From IMG/VR virus record IMGVR_UViG_3300050587_000151, positions 5,055 through 69,054 of that record: a stretch of DNA of 64,000 nt; one strand, written 5' to 3'. The DNA comes from a virus (lineage: Duplodnaviria > Caudoviricetes). The stretch's first letter is position 1; each line of letters starts with the position of its first letter. A program made the translations under genes and the position numbers. The notes beneath the pieces were generated by a model. That model searched no databases. It worked only from the letters and a program-made list of their open reading frames with translations, and was not told the origin of the DNA. Positions 44,202 through 54,646 of this stretch are shown here, one piece after another.

Positions 44202-45719
44202 ATGGCAACCGAGTCGAAATGGGCTGCGTTTCGCAGTATCGGCTACCTGTGTGGCAAGGGTCTAATCTACTGTGCGGACTATGAAATATTTCCTCAGGCA
44301 GCTATCACAGGAGGTGTGTTTCCGTTATACGCGGATGAGAACAAGCATTGCAGGGTTGATGTTTGCGATACGAATCTTGAAGTGCTTGCAGATGGCATGC
44401 TAGATTACGTCTTTATCGGCCCCCGCCTGGAAGGTGTTGAAGACCCCGAAGCCCGCCTGCGTGAAGCGACCAAGAAGCTCCGCGTAGGTGGGCATTTGAT
44501 TTTGCATTTGCCATTGGCGCCCAGCAGCGAGGTGATTGTCCATCGGTTTACACCAAAGACCATGCGAGGGCTTGTTGGTTCGCTGGGTTCGTGGATAGCG
44601 AAGGACAGCTACGAGCGGTGTGGGACGTTTTTGCAAATTTACAAGAAAGTCCGTGGCGCGCGAGGGGTCGCAGATCGCAAGACCACAGCCCAACCTCGCG
44701 CTTGCATTGTACGCTATGGCGCGATGGGCGACATGATAATGGTCACGCCGTTGATTCGCGCTTTGCACGAGGATGGCTATCATGTGACCGTCAACTGCAC
44801 GTGGTACTCATCCGCCATTCTAGACAACAATCCTTTTGTGGACAACGTAATTCTACAAGAGCGGGAAGCAATCCCAAATCACCTGCTTGGTGATTACTGG
44901 GCTGAATGGTGCGGGGATTACGATAAGTATATCAACCTGTCCGAAAGCATTGAAGGTGCGTTGCTAAAGGTTGAGGGTCGACGGGAGTTTTACACCAGCC
45001 TTGCTTGGCGGAATCGTGAAGCAGAAGGTGTAAATTATTTCGACCGCACGTTGGCTCTTGGTGGCTACCCAGAGCGTGTCGGTTGCCGGGGGGAGCTATA
45101 TTTTTCTGGTGACGAGGAGCGCGCTGCCAGAAAATTTCGCGCTCAATACGGAAACAAGTTTATTGTCTTGTGGGCGCTCAACGGCAGTAGCCATCACAAG
45201 TGCTACGGTCTCTTTGAGCCTGTAGTCACAGATTGGCTGAATGCCCACCCTGAAGCGCTTGTCGTAACTGTTGGCGACCATACCGCAAGTTTGCTTGAGT
45301 TCGAGCATCCGCAACTCGTGCCGAAAGCTGGCGTATGGCCGATTCGGCAATCGCTGTGTATGACCAAGTACGTGGATCTTGTTGTTGGTCCTGAGTCAGT
45401 AATCACCAATGCAGCAGGGTGCTTCGACACGCCAAAGATCGTGCTGCTTAGTCACAGTGGGCATGATAATCTTTGCAAGTATTGGACAAACTGTGTATCG
45501 TTGGCACCAGACCTGGAACTTGCTCCATGCTATGGCACAAGCGGCTGCCACCAGCTACATTACTTCGCAAAATCCTGCGTGCTGAAGCAATTGCTTAACC
45601 CCGATGGCACTGTACTTACTGAGCTTCCTGCGTGTGCGCTCGCCATCTCCGGCGAGCGCTTGATTGCTGCGTTTGACGAGCAGCTTGCTAAGAGCAAAAC
45701 AACAGTTGCTGCGGTATAA
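44202..45719 (+). CDS. Methyltransferase-like domain fused to glycosyltransferase family 9 (heptosyltransferase-like)
   Basis: N-terminal LDYVF...KLRVGGHLIL; C-terminal RYGAMGDMIMVTPLIRAL, DNNPFVD, DLVVGPES. Confidence 0.85.
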   Translation: MATESKWAAFRSIGYLCGKGLIYCADYEIFPQAAITGGVFPLYADENKHCRVDVCDTNLEVLADGMLDYVFIGPRLEGVEDPEARLREATKKLRVGGHLILHLPLAPSSEVIVHRFTPKTMRGLVGSLGSWIAKDSYERCGTFLQIYKKVRGARGVADRKTTAQPRACIVRYGAMGDMIMVTPLIRALHEDGYHVTVNCTWYSSAILDNNPFVDNVILQEREAIPNHLLGDYWAEWCGDYDKYINLSESIEGALLKVEGRREFYTSLAWRNREAEGVNYFDRTLALGGYPERVGCRGELYFSGDEERAARKFRAQYGNKFIVLWALNGSSHHKCYGLFEPVVTDWLNAHPEALVVTVGDHTASLLEFEHPQLVPKAGVWPIRQSLCMTKYVDLVVGPESVITNAAGCFDTPKIVLLSHSGHDNLCKYWTNCVSLAPDLELAPCYGTSGCHQLHYFAKSCVLKQLLNPDGTVLTELPACALAISGERLIAAFDEQLAKSKTTVAAV

Positions 45720-45792
45720 TAGTAACTGATCGCAGTCTGGTAACTTTGCCTCCCGCCTCGCCAGCGTTTATGGCCACCCCATTACACGATCT

Positions 45793-46488
45793 ATGGCCTT
45801 TGATCGTTGGTCCCTCCTACAGCTACGTACAGCGGTCAGGCGTGAGCTTCTTGATGCTCAAGGCCGCTGGTGGTCCGATGCCGAACTTAACTCTTACCTC
45901 GATGCATGGCAAGATACCGTGCAAAACGAGCTTGAGTTAGTTTGGGGCACAGCGACCATTAGTTCCTCCCTAGCAACTCACACCCTCTCGACAATCGGAT
46001 CTAACATCAGCCGCCTGGACGCGGTGTACTGGAACGGAATACGCCTTGTGCCAAAGACAAAGCGGGAGCTGGCGTTGCTGGCACGGGAACAAGCAGGCGC
46101 GAGCGGCGCATTACCGGCGGCACCCAGCACGCCACGTGTCGTACAGCAAGAAGACTCGACAACAATCGAGTTTTGGCCAACGTCGGCAACTGCGGGCACA
46201 GTTGTCTTTGAGTACCCAATCCTCGTTGACACATTTGCCACCGATACCTCGACTATGCAGATTCCTGCATGGACGCGGTATTCGGCGGTACCGTTTTGCG
46301 CATACCGCGCACTGCGCAGGCCCGGCGCTACCAACGATCCCCGACGCGCACTACGCTACAAAGCTCGGTTTGCCAAGGCACTTGCACGGCTGCGCAGCAT
46401 ATACGCAGCATTTGTGCCACCGCCAACCGCAACTCGTCTTCGCCCTGGTGGCGATTACGAAGCGCGTATCTTGTCCCCAAATCGGTAA
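45793..46488 (+). CDS. Head-tail adaptor protein
   Basis: LRTAVRREL...WSDAELNSYL pattern. Confidence 0.7.
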   Translation: MAFDRWSLLQLRTAVRRELLDAQGRWWSDAELNSYLDAWQDTVQNELELVWGTATISSSLATHTLSTIGSNISRLDAVYWNGIRLVPKTKRELALLAREQAGASGALPAAPSTPRVVQQEDSTTIEFWPTSATAGTVVFEYPILVDTFATDTSTMQIPAWTRYSAVPFCAYRALRRPGATNDPRRALRYKARFAKALARLRSIYAAFVPPPTATRLRPGGDYEARILSPNR

Positions 46489-46497
46489 TTCCTTGCA

Positions 46498-47106
46498 ATG
46501 ACTGTTGTTGAAGAAGTGCAAATGTTGCTTGCGGACGCGGGGGTGTTTTGGCCAGTCGCCCAACTCTACGACGCGGTCAACGCAGCACAGCTTGATTTGC
46601 TGGTGGATGCTGCATTTGCAACCGAGATTGCGGATCTGGCGCTGACGCCCGGCGGCGATCTTGTGGCGTTGCCCTCGACGATCTACGTGCCAACAAGCAT
46701 TGAGAATGACAACGAGCTATGGTTGCCTGTAACGCATGGCGATCTTGAAGCACATTGCCGAGAATGGCGATCCGCGCAACCAGCAGAGCCGAGGGCGTTT
46801 GTTCTTTGGGATGCCTATCACCTGCGTGTTTGGCCGTCCCCAAACGGCTCATATACCTTCACCGTCACTGGTGTACCGTGGCCAATAGAAGTTGATGCTT
46901 CTCACGACGCTTCAGGCACCAGGTTATACAAATCCGCTGTTGCACATGCAGCGTCTGCTGCCTTGCTTGAATTTACTCGCCCTGATCTAGCGGATGTCTA
47001 CCTTGCCGAGTCGAGCGAGCTGCTCCACCGCGTAAAACGTACTTTTGGTCGCAAAGGCCATAACATTTCCCATATCAGACCTGGCACAGTTTACGAGAAA
47101 CTATGA
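46498..47106 (+). CDS. Head-tail adaptor / tail tubular A-like paralog
   Basis: FW...LYDAVN.AQ...LRVWPSP. Confidence 0.65.
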   Translation: MTVVEEVQMLLADAGVFWPVAQLYDAVNAAQLDLLVDAAFATEIADLALTPGGDLVALPSTIYVPTSIENDNELWLPVTHGDLEAHCREWRSAQPAEPRAFVLWDAYHLRVWPSPNGSYTFTVTGVPWPIEVDASHDASGTRLYKSAVAHAASAALLEFTRPDLADVYLAESSELLHRVKRTFGRKGHNISHIRPGTVYEKL

Positions 47107-47372
47107 CCGAAAAAGAAAATGTTCCTGTTCCCGCCGCAGAGGTTGTAAACGAGCAAGCAGCCCCTGCTACCAAGCCTGTCCAATCTACCGCAAACAGACT
47201 CGCCGGCACGTCGATTGGTTCTGGCGTTGGCGTGTTCTCCGCAATCACGATTGACTATGGGCGCCTGGGCGCTGGCGATCCTGGAGAGATCGCACGCCTG
47301 TGTGTCTCGGTTGGTTCGATACTGCTCGGCTTGGTGATTGACATTGTTCGTGTGAAGTTCCTGAACAAGTAG
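47103..47372 (+). CDS. Small two-TM protein (holin candidate)
   Basis: Two hydrophobic segments in 89 aa. Confidence 0.5.
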   Translation: MTEKENVPVPAAEVVNEQAAPATKPVQSTANRLAGTSIGSGVGVFSAITIDYGRLGAGDPGEIARLCVSVGSILLGLVIDIVRVKFLNK

Positions 47373-47397
47373 CCGCTTACTGCTGGCTTGTCCGCTC

Positions 47398-50300
47398 ATG
47401 CCCGAAGGCACCAACGTACAACTCGCGTTTCACGGTGGCCCGAATCCCTCGGCTGCACCGCAGCTCCTGGCCGATAACGAAGTCGCGACGGCAACCAATA
47501 TCGATTTCGGCTTCGAGCAAGGCGGAGCTGCAACCCGGCGTGGCGCTACGCTCAGACACTCTGTTGGTGCCGCACAGATCAACTACATCACCCGCCGCCG
47601 TACAAACTGGCAAAGTTATAATCCGCTGTACGTTGCATGCGGCTCTACAGTCTATCGAGGTTCAAGCGGCGTGTTCACCTCGGTGCTCTCAGGACTTAGC
47701 GGCCCGCGGATAGGCATCACCCACTATCGTGACGCCACATGGATCGCCCCCGAGCTTGGTACGCAAGCCATCAAAGACAACGGTACAAGCATTATCGAAT
47801 GGGTCAAGCAATCTCCTCAGCATGCAGTTGCTATCGATGCACAGTACGCACACACAGACTTCGCGACCACTACTCAAACAGCGATTGTTGGTACATCGGG
47901 TACGTCAACTGGCTGGTTTACCTCCGGTATCGGCCCCTATGACGTAGAAATCGTCATGACAATGACCAACACCAACTTGAGTACCCATGCAAGTAGCTTG
48001 GTCGTTGGCACAGGTGGCAAAGTTGAGTTCGAATTCATTGTTGACCAGCCGTCATACGTAACAAGCATTGATGCAATATTCAGTGTTGGCAATGATACCT
48101 TTAGCACAACACTTGGCGTTGCTGGAGTAAGCCCAGTATGGGATAACTCAGACGGGCTGTTGTCTATACGTGTTTCAGATTTTACGCCAACCGGATCATG
48201 GACAAATCTGCCTGCCGCCAAGCTTACCTTCCACGCCGTCGGCCCAATAACTGTCAACTGGTGGGCGGCGAGGATTGTGGGCGCTGAAGATTTCGCAGTG
48301 CTTACCGATACCGATGTCGGCTACACCTACTATCAAACTTGGGCAAATATCGATAGTGACAACAATATCACTGAGGAATCTCGGCCAGGGCCGGAGGCAC
48401 ATGTCTACTTGAGCGAAGGCGCGGTGACCCTCACCGCTACCGACACGCCGAGCGGCGGAGCGCACGGTATTACACATCGGGTTTTCTACCGGGCGGGTGG
48501 GGCGCTTGACCGACCATACGAGATAGGGCGAGTTGCGCTTGCCACGACTACCCTGCTCGACACCAAATCCGATCTCGACGCGGCAACTGACGGAGCATTG
48601 CTGCAAACCCTCGATGTGCTTCCCCACGATTGGTTCCCAAACAATGTTGTTGCTGTGTCGGAGCCTTTTTTCGACCGGCTGTTCATCGCTCACGAGAACC
48701 GTATCAACTGGACGTTGCCGGGCAATCCATCCGCGTTGCCGGAGGATTCTTTTGCAGATGTGTCACACAAAGGCGATGAGATTACAGGCTTGGTTGTCTA
48801 TCCTTCATCTCTTGTGATTGTCAACCAGGAAAGTGTTTATGAGCTACGCGGCAACGTCTTCGAAGGTGAAAACGCTGATTGGGTGCTCAGCCACACCGCG
48901 TCACGGCACGGCAATTGCGCGTATAACGCAGTAATCAAAACTCCCTACGGCGTGCCGCTGCTGGATAACGATGGCTTGTCGATGTACTCCCCCGGCCAGG
49001 GCATCGACGTGCCGCTTGAATGGGTGATGGACAAAATCGGCGATGCATGGCGGGGCATGTTAGCCAGTGATCCAGCAGGTGCAAAAGGCAACCGGGTGCC
49101 CGCCATCAACCTTGGCTACCAGTCAACCGCCTGTGCGACATTTGCCGACAACAAGCTGTATCTTGGCTTGCCAACGAATGGAGCAACTACCCCCAACACG
49201 ATATTCATCCTAGATTTTCTTGCCAAGCAAACTTATTGGTACATCATGCCGTGGAACTTTACCTACCTCTGGTGGGACGCCTACGAAGCTTGCTTGATGA
49301 TTGGCACGACCAACGGCAAGATTATGGAGCTTGATGGGGGGCCACGGGACCAAACAACCACAGGAACGCCGACCAACATGGCATGGAGTGTCCGCACAAA
49401 AGCGTGGACAGTGGCGGCAGATACCGTGTTGGAAAATATCTCTGTTGAGCACCGCGGCGGGCCTGCTAAGCTTGTTGGCATTTATGACGGCACGACCACC
49501 GCTACCCTTGGCACGCTGACGAATGCCACTCGCGGCTGGAGCACACCAGCCCTTGGCGGCACGATTTGCAACAGCGTTGTTTTCGAGCTGTCGGGCACTC
49601 AAGCATCCAATCAGCAAACCTCACTTTACAACATTGCATGGGACGCCCTCTACGAGCCGCGGCGGGTGTCCTTCTACAAAACCGACTACGATCTCAATAA
49701 CTACGAATGGGAAAAGCTATGGGACGTTCATTATTCGGACATTGAAGCGTTTGGCTTCGGCACCGTTGCGGGCACAATGTTTGTTGATGGCACGGCAGTG
49801 TCGACGTTCACCATTGCCTCTCCAACCAACAAACGCCTCGTCACCCCGACTAGCTTTCCTGCCGAGACGTACGGTTATCAAGCCTACACAGTCTACGTTG
49901 CCTCAGAAGGCGTTATCTTCAAGCATTGGGACACGCGCCGCGATGCCCGTAACGAGCCCCCACGTGTCAACATCTGGCGCACCGACGTACAAAGCTCCGA
50001 GGAAAGCATCAACGACGGGGTAGACTTCGATGTCAATGCCAACGGTATCATGCTGGCTACAACGTTTGTGGACAATGTTGCAGTAGCTACTCATACGGTG
50101 GTTGGATTTGCCCGCCAGAGCTACGCATTCTCGTTGCCACCCGAAACCTACGGCCGCACTGTCTACACTGTCTACACTGGCACTGCGTTCAAGCATTACA
50201 GCACCTGGTACCACCAACGAAGGGAGCCTGACCGGGTCGCTCAAGTGCAATACGGCCCGGTTGCATTTGGCAGCGATCAAACACTTAAGACCTGGGTGGC

Positions 50301-50865
50301 GGAGCTTAACCCATGTGGCTACGCAACTGGTGTGTTGTATGCTGATGGTACGGCAATTAGCACTGCAACGTTTGTTGGCACTCGGCATTCAACGTTCCAT
50401 GTTGGTGTGGATTTTACGCCGGCCGTTGCACCACAGAAGGCCATCGACCTGCGGGTCGTCTACACCGCCCTTACGGTCCTTAAGCACTACGATACAAAGT
50501 TCGAGACTGAAGCTCAGCCGTTTGGCAAAACCTCCTGGTTAATCCGCTACAACAAACTTGGTGGCGCGTCGGCGTGCGATCTCGCTCGGCAGTTCGATCT
50601 TGACGTAGAGGTTACAGGCACGGCAACGCTGACTAGTTACTGGGATGTCGATGGCGCAACGCTTGCCACTAATACATTAACCTTTACCGGCCGCCAATGG
50701 GAAGACGCAATTGCGTTTCCGCCCGGCTTGCGGGGCTTTAACTTCCAGCAGCGAATCGTTGCTACCATGCCGTTCAAAGTCTGGAAGTCGAGTCTTGACC
50801 TGCTGCGCGTCGGCTTGAAGGGCCTTGGCCGAATAACTATTCCTGGAACTCCAATCAATGGCTAG
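47398..50865 (+). CDS. Tail tubular B / P22 gp10-like tail hub protein
   Basis: FHGG.N...PQ...NE.....NID start; beta-propeller-like region (FDRLFI, GDEITGL); 1155 aa. Confidence 0.7.
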   Translation: MPEGTNVQLAFHGGPNPSAAPQLLADNEVATATNIDFGFEQGGAATRRGATLRHSVGAAQINYITRRRTNWQSYNPLYVACGSTVYRGSSGVFTSVLSGLSGPRIGITHYRDATWIAPELGTQAIKDNGTSIIEWVKQSPQHAVAIDAQYAHTDFATTTQTAIVGTSGTSTGWFTSGIGPYDVEIVMTMTNTNLSTHASSLVVGTGGKVEFEFIVDQPSYVTSIDAIFSVGNDTFSTTLGVAGVSPVWDNSDGLLSIRVSDFTPTGSWTNLPAAKLTFHAVGPITVNWWAARIVGAEDFAVLTDTDVGYTYYQTWANIDSDNNITEESRPGPEAHVYLSEGAVTLTATDTPSGGAHGITHRVFYRAGGALDRPYEIGRVALATTTLLDTKSDLDAATDGALLQTLDVLPHDWFPNNVVAVSEPFFDRLFIAHENRINWTLPGNPSALPEDSFADVSHKGDEITGLVVYPSSLVIVNQESVYELRGNVFEGENADWVLSHTASRHGNCAYNAVIKTPYGVPLLDNDGLSMYSPGQGIDVPLEWVMDKIGDAWRGMLASDPAGAKGNRVPAINLGYQSTACATFADNKLYLGLPTNGATTPNTIFILDFLAKQTYWYIMPWNFTYLWWDAYEACLMIGTTNGKIMELDGGPRDQTTTGTPTNMAWSVRTKAWTVAADTVLENISVEHRGGPAKLVGIYDGTTTATLGTLTNATRGWSTPALGGTICNSVVFELSGTQASNQQTSLYNIAWDALYEPRRVSFYKTDYDLNNYEWEKLWDVHYSDIEAFGFGTVAGTMFVDGTAVSTFTIASPTNKRLVTPTSFPAETYGYQAYTVYVASEGVIFKHWDTRRDARNEPPRVNIWRTDVQSSEESINDGVDFDVNANGIMLATTFVDNVAVATHTVVGFARQSYAFSLPPETYGRTVYTVYTGTAFKHYSTWYHQRREPDRVAQVQYGPVAFGSDQTLKTWVAELNPCGYATGVLYADGTAISTATFVGTRHSTFHVGVDFTPAVAPQKAIDLRVVYTALTVLKHYDTKFETEAQPFGKTSWLIRYNKLGGASACDLARQFDLDVEVTGTATLTSYWDVDGATLATNTLTFTGRQWEDAIAFPPGLRGFNFQQRIVATMPFKVWKSSLDLLRVGLKGLGRITIPGTPING

Positions 50866-53347
50866 TAATAAGCGCAAGCGTAGAATCGAGCCGGTATTTA
50901 TCCCCCCATGTGCAACGATCAGCGAGCTACAGCATTCTACGCAGAAATCGATCGATCAGATTGTAGATCGAGTCAACAGCCTGAAGCTTGTAGAAGAGAC
51001 TACAAATACATATAACCTTGACAGTTCAACTGCGAGGACAATAGGGGGAATTGGGGGAGGGGGAGCAGGGCCTGGAGACATCCCTAGTTCTGTGCGGCCG
51101 ATTGGCGGCGCGCCGTTTCTCGTCACGCAATCGGATGACGGGCTGAACGCGATTTTCGACGTAGAGTACGACCCTCCGTCGCCGGTCGGCGTGTTCACCG
51201 GCATCTCGGCGCATTGGGTTCCGGACGGCTCGCTCAAGCCGTCCGCCGCAATGGATTTCGACTATCTCGGCAATCGTGAGGCATCGGATTCTTCGCGGCG
51301 CGGCAAATTCCGCTTTGTCATCCCCGAGGGTGCCACCGAGTTATCCGGACGGCTCTACCTCACTGCGCGCTCGAAGGCCTACAAGGTCCCGCTGGTGCTG
51401 TATGGCCATGAAGGCGCGTCACCGAGCGTGCCCGTGACCATACCAGCCGTAGGCACGGGTGGGGCACCACAGGTTTCTGCTGCCTCTACCGCGTCGGTCT
51501 GGTATAAAGCCTCCGCGAGCGGGCGCGTGTTCGGATTCGAGGGCAAGGTTGTGCCGCCCGCTGCGCGCGAGAACTCGGGCGGCTGGAATATCTACCTGCA
51601 TTGGATCGAGGGATGGAACGGAGACCTTCCGATCTACGATCCCCGATATCTTCAGATCGATTCAGTGGGTCGCGACGGCGGGGATTGGCACGCGAACGAG
51701 CCGGGCTTCGACCTGCGAGATAACTGGAGCCAGCAGGTCGATGTGGTGTATGTGCCGCGCAACTTACTTCAGATAGAGAATGCCGCTAAAGAATCGGCGT
51801 TCTCCATCCGCCTCACTGTATCGAGCCAAGAGGAAGACACTCCGCGCATCCAGGGCACGGCGCAAGTCTGGACACTGGAGAGCGCCGGTGGCCGCGTATT
51901 CGGCTTCGGCGGCACAGTCGACTCCGCTGCCGTGATCTACTTGCACTGGATCGAGGGATGGGATGGGGCCACGCCGATCTACGACAGGCGGTATCTGGAG
52001 GTATGGGACACACTCACTGGTGGGACGTGGACTTCCGATCCCAATGGCTGGACGCTCCGCGCCAATTACTCGCAGCAATGCGATGTGGTGTTTAAGCCAC
52101 GTATCGGGGGCGCGATCGATCCAGACCCGGCGCACTGGCTCATTGTGCGCGTGACGGTCAGCGGCACGCCGCTCCCGGATAACGTCGTTGACTTTGCCAT
52201 CGGCACGGCGGAAGACAATGGGACGTACACCGAGCGGCCGACCTGGGACGCGATGAACGAGCGCCTGGTGTGGGAGTGGGGCTGCTTTTTGCCCGGCGAC
52301 GTGAGTAATCTCGGCGGCGTGGCGGTGTTTTTTAAGCGGCCTACTGGTGGCTGGATGCGGGCGCTCAACTCTACCGACTGGGTAGCGCCGATAGCCGAGG
52401 GGGCTTACCAGGATGCCTTTGCGGTATCGGGGCCGGACCTGCCGAAAACTCCCGAGACGTGGACTTTCCGCTGCTGTGTAGCCGACAAACAAGGGACGTG
52501 GAAAACCAATCCGGATGGCTCGCCGGACGGCCCGGAAATCGCCATCAGCACCATCGCGCCGAACCAGGGCATCGGCGCGGGCAACATCGCGGATAGCGCG
52601 ATGGGGCCGGGCCTGGCGAAGTCGGCGGATCAACTGCTGGCCAACGTCGCGGGCGTGCTAGGGTTCGAAGCTGGGGCCATCAAGCTTAATGTGGGTGCCG
52701 GAGTTCAGGACTATCTCGGCGCGCTGTACGCGAAGGTGGCGCAGGGCCTCGGCTTCGATGCCTCTGGAAATGTCCAGATCCCGACTTACGGCGTGGGGCA
52801 GAATCTGTTGGCGAACAGTCCCATCATCGACGCCGCCAGGCTCGTGCAATATGCCGTGAGCCAGATGCACCTGGAAAATAGCCAGATCATCAACTCAGCA
52901 CGAATTGTGGATCTGGCTGTGCTCCAAGCGAAGATCGGGTTGCAGGCAGTCGGGGCAGCGCAGATCGCGAATGCTTCGATCACCGACGCGAAAATTGTGA
53001 ATTTGTCTGTCTCGAAACTAGAGGCTGGAACAGCGGTGTTCAACGGTAATCTTATCATGTCAAACAACGGGAACGTCGTTTTCAGCAACAATGGGTACGT
53101 AAAAGTCAATAATTACGTTGATACATACACTTTGTATGTGGGATCACCTCTTATTAATCAATGGGTAATGGGTGGTAGTAGCCTATCAAACATAAGCTCA
53201 AGTGCGTGGATCGCTGCCGGAACGTTTCGAAAAATAACCGATTCTGGCCATCTGGACGGTCAGACCGCAGCACTCCCGTATAAAAAAGCTGACGGTACGG
53301 ACGGCACCCTGTATTTCAATGGCGGGATTATTACGCAATATAACTAA
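50858..53347 (+). CDS. Tail fibre/receptor-binding protein with an internal tandem duplication
   Basis: Two copies of GRVFGF.G.V...IYLHWIEGW.G..PIYD.RYL...SQQ.DVV..PR; C-terminal I..A.I low-complexity repeats. Confidence 0.65.
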   Translation: MASNKRKRRIEPVFIPPCATISELQHSTQKSIDQIVDRVNSLKLVEETTNTYNLDSSTARTIGGIGGGGAGPGDIPSSVRPIGGAPFLVTQSDDGLNAIFDVEYDPPSPVGVFTGISAHWVPDGSLKPSAAMDFDYLGNREASDSSRRGKFRFVIPEGATELSGRLYLTARSKAYKVPLVLYGHEGASPSVPVTIPAVGTGGAPQVSAASTASVWYKASASGRVFGFEGKVVPPAARENSGGWNIYLHWIEGWNGDLPIYDPRYLQIDSVGRDGGDWHANEPGFDLRDNWSQQVDVVYVPRNLLQIENAAKESAFSIRLTVSSQEEDTPRIQGTAQVWTLESAGGRVFGFGGTVDSAAVIYLHWIEGWDGATPIYDRRYLEVWDTLTGGTWTSDPNGWTLRANYSQQCDVVFKPRIGGAIDPDPAHWLIVRVTVSGTPLPDNVVDFAIGTAEDNGTYTERPTWDAMNERLVWEWGCFLPGDVSNLGGVAVFFKRPTGGWMRALNSTDWVAPIAEGAYQDAFAVSGPDLPKTPETWTFRCCVADKQGTWKTNPDGSPDGPEIAISTIAPNQGIGAGNIADSAMGPGLAKSADQLLANVAGVLGFEAGAIKLNVGAGVQDYLGALYAKVAQGLGFDASGNVQIPTYGVGQNLLANSPIIDAARLVQYAVSQMHLENSQIINSARIVDLAVLQAKIGLQAVGAAQIANASITDAKIVNLSVSKLEAGTAVFNGNLIMSNNGNVVFSNNGYVKVNNYVDTYTLYVGSPLINQWVMGGSSLSNISSSAWIAAGTFRKITDSGHLDGQTAALPYKKADGTDGTLYFNGGIITQYN

Positions 53348-53367
53348 CAGGCGAGGAGAACAAACCT

Positions 53368-53661
53368 ATGGCGCAATTTACGTTCGAGATAGAAGACGAT
53401 GTGCTCGATTCCATCAACGAGTATCTGGCGACTCAGAAGCGGGTCGAACACGATCCGGAAACCAACATGCCCCGTGTCATCCGGATGTTTGCAGACGTGG
53501 ATGAGTTTCTTACCAAGACCGTGGCTCAAGTGGTGGCGGGCGTGACGCAGCAGTTCCCCACACCAGCGATGCGTAATCATCTCATCGCAAAACGCCAAGC
53601 GGAGCTGGCAATCGAGGCGGCGATTAAACCGAGACTGACAAAAGTGGTTCAGTCCCAATAG
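53368..53661 (+). CDS. Hypothetical tail-module protein
   Basis: GAGGAG Shine-Dalgarno; 97 aa. Confidence 0.7.
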   Translation: MAQFTFEIEDDVLDSINEYLATQKRVEHDPETNMPRVIRMFADVDEFLTKTVAQVVAGVTQQFPTPAMRNHLIAKRQAELAIEAAIKPRLTKVVQSQ

Positions 53662-53668
53662 TTCGGTT

Positions 53669-54091
53669 CTAGCGGTGGAAGGTAGCGGTGTTAATCGTGC
53701 TGAATTCGTCCACCGAAATCCAGATTATTTGGTCCGGCGTGCCCCAACATGTGACCCTCGTGATCTGCACGAATCCATCCGGCAGATTCAACTGCGTCGG
53801 CGGGCGAATCCAGCGCGCGGTTGGATCACGCCGTACTGCCCTGACGAGAAAGGATTCCGAATATGGAACCGGCGATGTCGGACCGCCAAGACCTGTTTTC
53901 ATAACGGTCACCGACACGGCGGAAGTCTGCTGAGTGGCCGATCCGATGAAAATGTCCGTTTTGTCGGTTCCACTAGGCCGAAGCACAATCTGGATTCCGG
54001 CGATTTCGAGAACCTTGTTAACCGGGAATTCCGCCGAGGCCGGGATTGTGATTGCGGCCAGGATCGCGGCAAGCAGAAGCAGTCGTTTCAT
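53669..54091 (-). CDS. Secreted hypothetical protein in antisense orientation
   Basis: Signal peptide MKRLLLLAAILAAITIPASA. Confidence 0.7.
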   Translation of the reverse strand: MKRLLLLAAILAAITIPASAEFPVNKVLEIAGIQIVLRPSGTDKTDIFIGSATQQTSAVSVTVMKTGLGGPTSPVPYSESFLVRAVRRDPTARWIRPPTQLNLPDGFVQITRVTCWGTPDQIIWISVDEFSTINTATFHR

Positions 54092-54195
54092 GACAGCATC
54101 TTAACTCAGAATTTCGGACTCTATCTACCCGGAATCCGTATGTGACTGAAAATGAACAAGAAAAACTTGAACGCCCTAGCCGAGGACAACTGACG

Positions 54196-54639
54196 ATGCC
54201 TGCTAATGCATGGAAAGCTTACAATTCAGCCCGCGAGCAGATCGGAAACACGACGATCAACCTCGCGGGCCACGTCTTCAAGGTGGCGCTGTTTCAATCC
54301 ACGTCGAACTGCGCCGATCCGACCAAAAGCGTGCTGGCCGATCTGACAAACCAGGTCCCTAACGCAAACGGATATACCACCGGGGGCGTCGCCGTCACGA
54401 CCACCTGGACCCGCAGCGGGGCGCAGGTGACGTTCGCGACTACCGCCGCTGCCCAATGGACAGCCTCTGGCGGGTCGATCTCGATGCGGTATGCAGTGAT
54501 CTATGACGACACCGCGGCCAACAAGCCGTTGCTGGCGTGGGCGCTGCTCGATAACACGCCGGCCGATGTGGTTATCACAGCCGGGAATACGTTGTTCATC
54601 ACCGCGGGGACTGTGTTCACTCTCAGCGGTATGGCATAA
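54196..54639 (+). CDS. Conserved phage structural protein
   Basis: WKAYN.A......IN......FKVAL...EV..GNGYT.GG-like pattern. Confidence 0.75.
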   Translation: MPANAWKAYNSAREQIGNTTINLAGHVFKVALFQSTSNCADPTKSVLADLTNQVPNANGYTTGGVAVTTTWTRSGAQVTFATTAAAQWTASGGSISMRYAVIYDDTAANKPLLAWALLDNTPADVVITAGNTLFITAGTVFTLSGMA

Positions 54640-54646
54640 AGGCCCG

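Noticed and set aside
50858-53347. Diversity-generating retroelement acting on the tail fibre
   Set aside because: There is no reverse transcriptase, and the duplication is diverged at the protein level rather than being an adenine-specific TR/VR pair.
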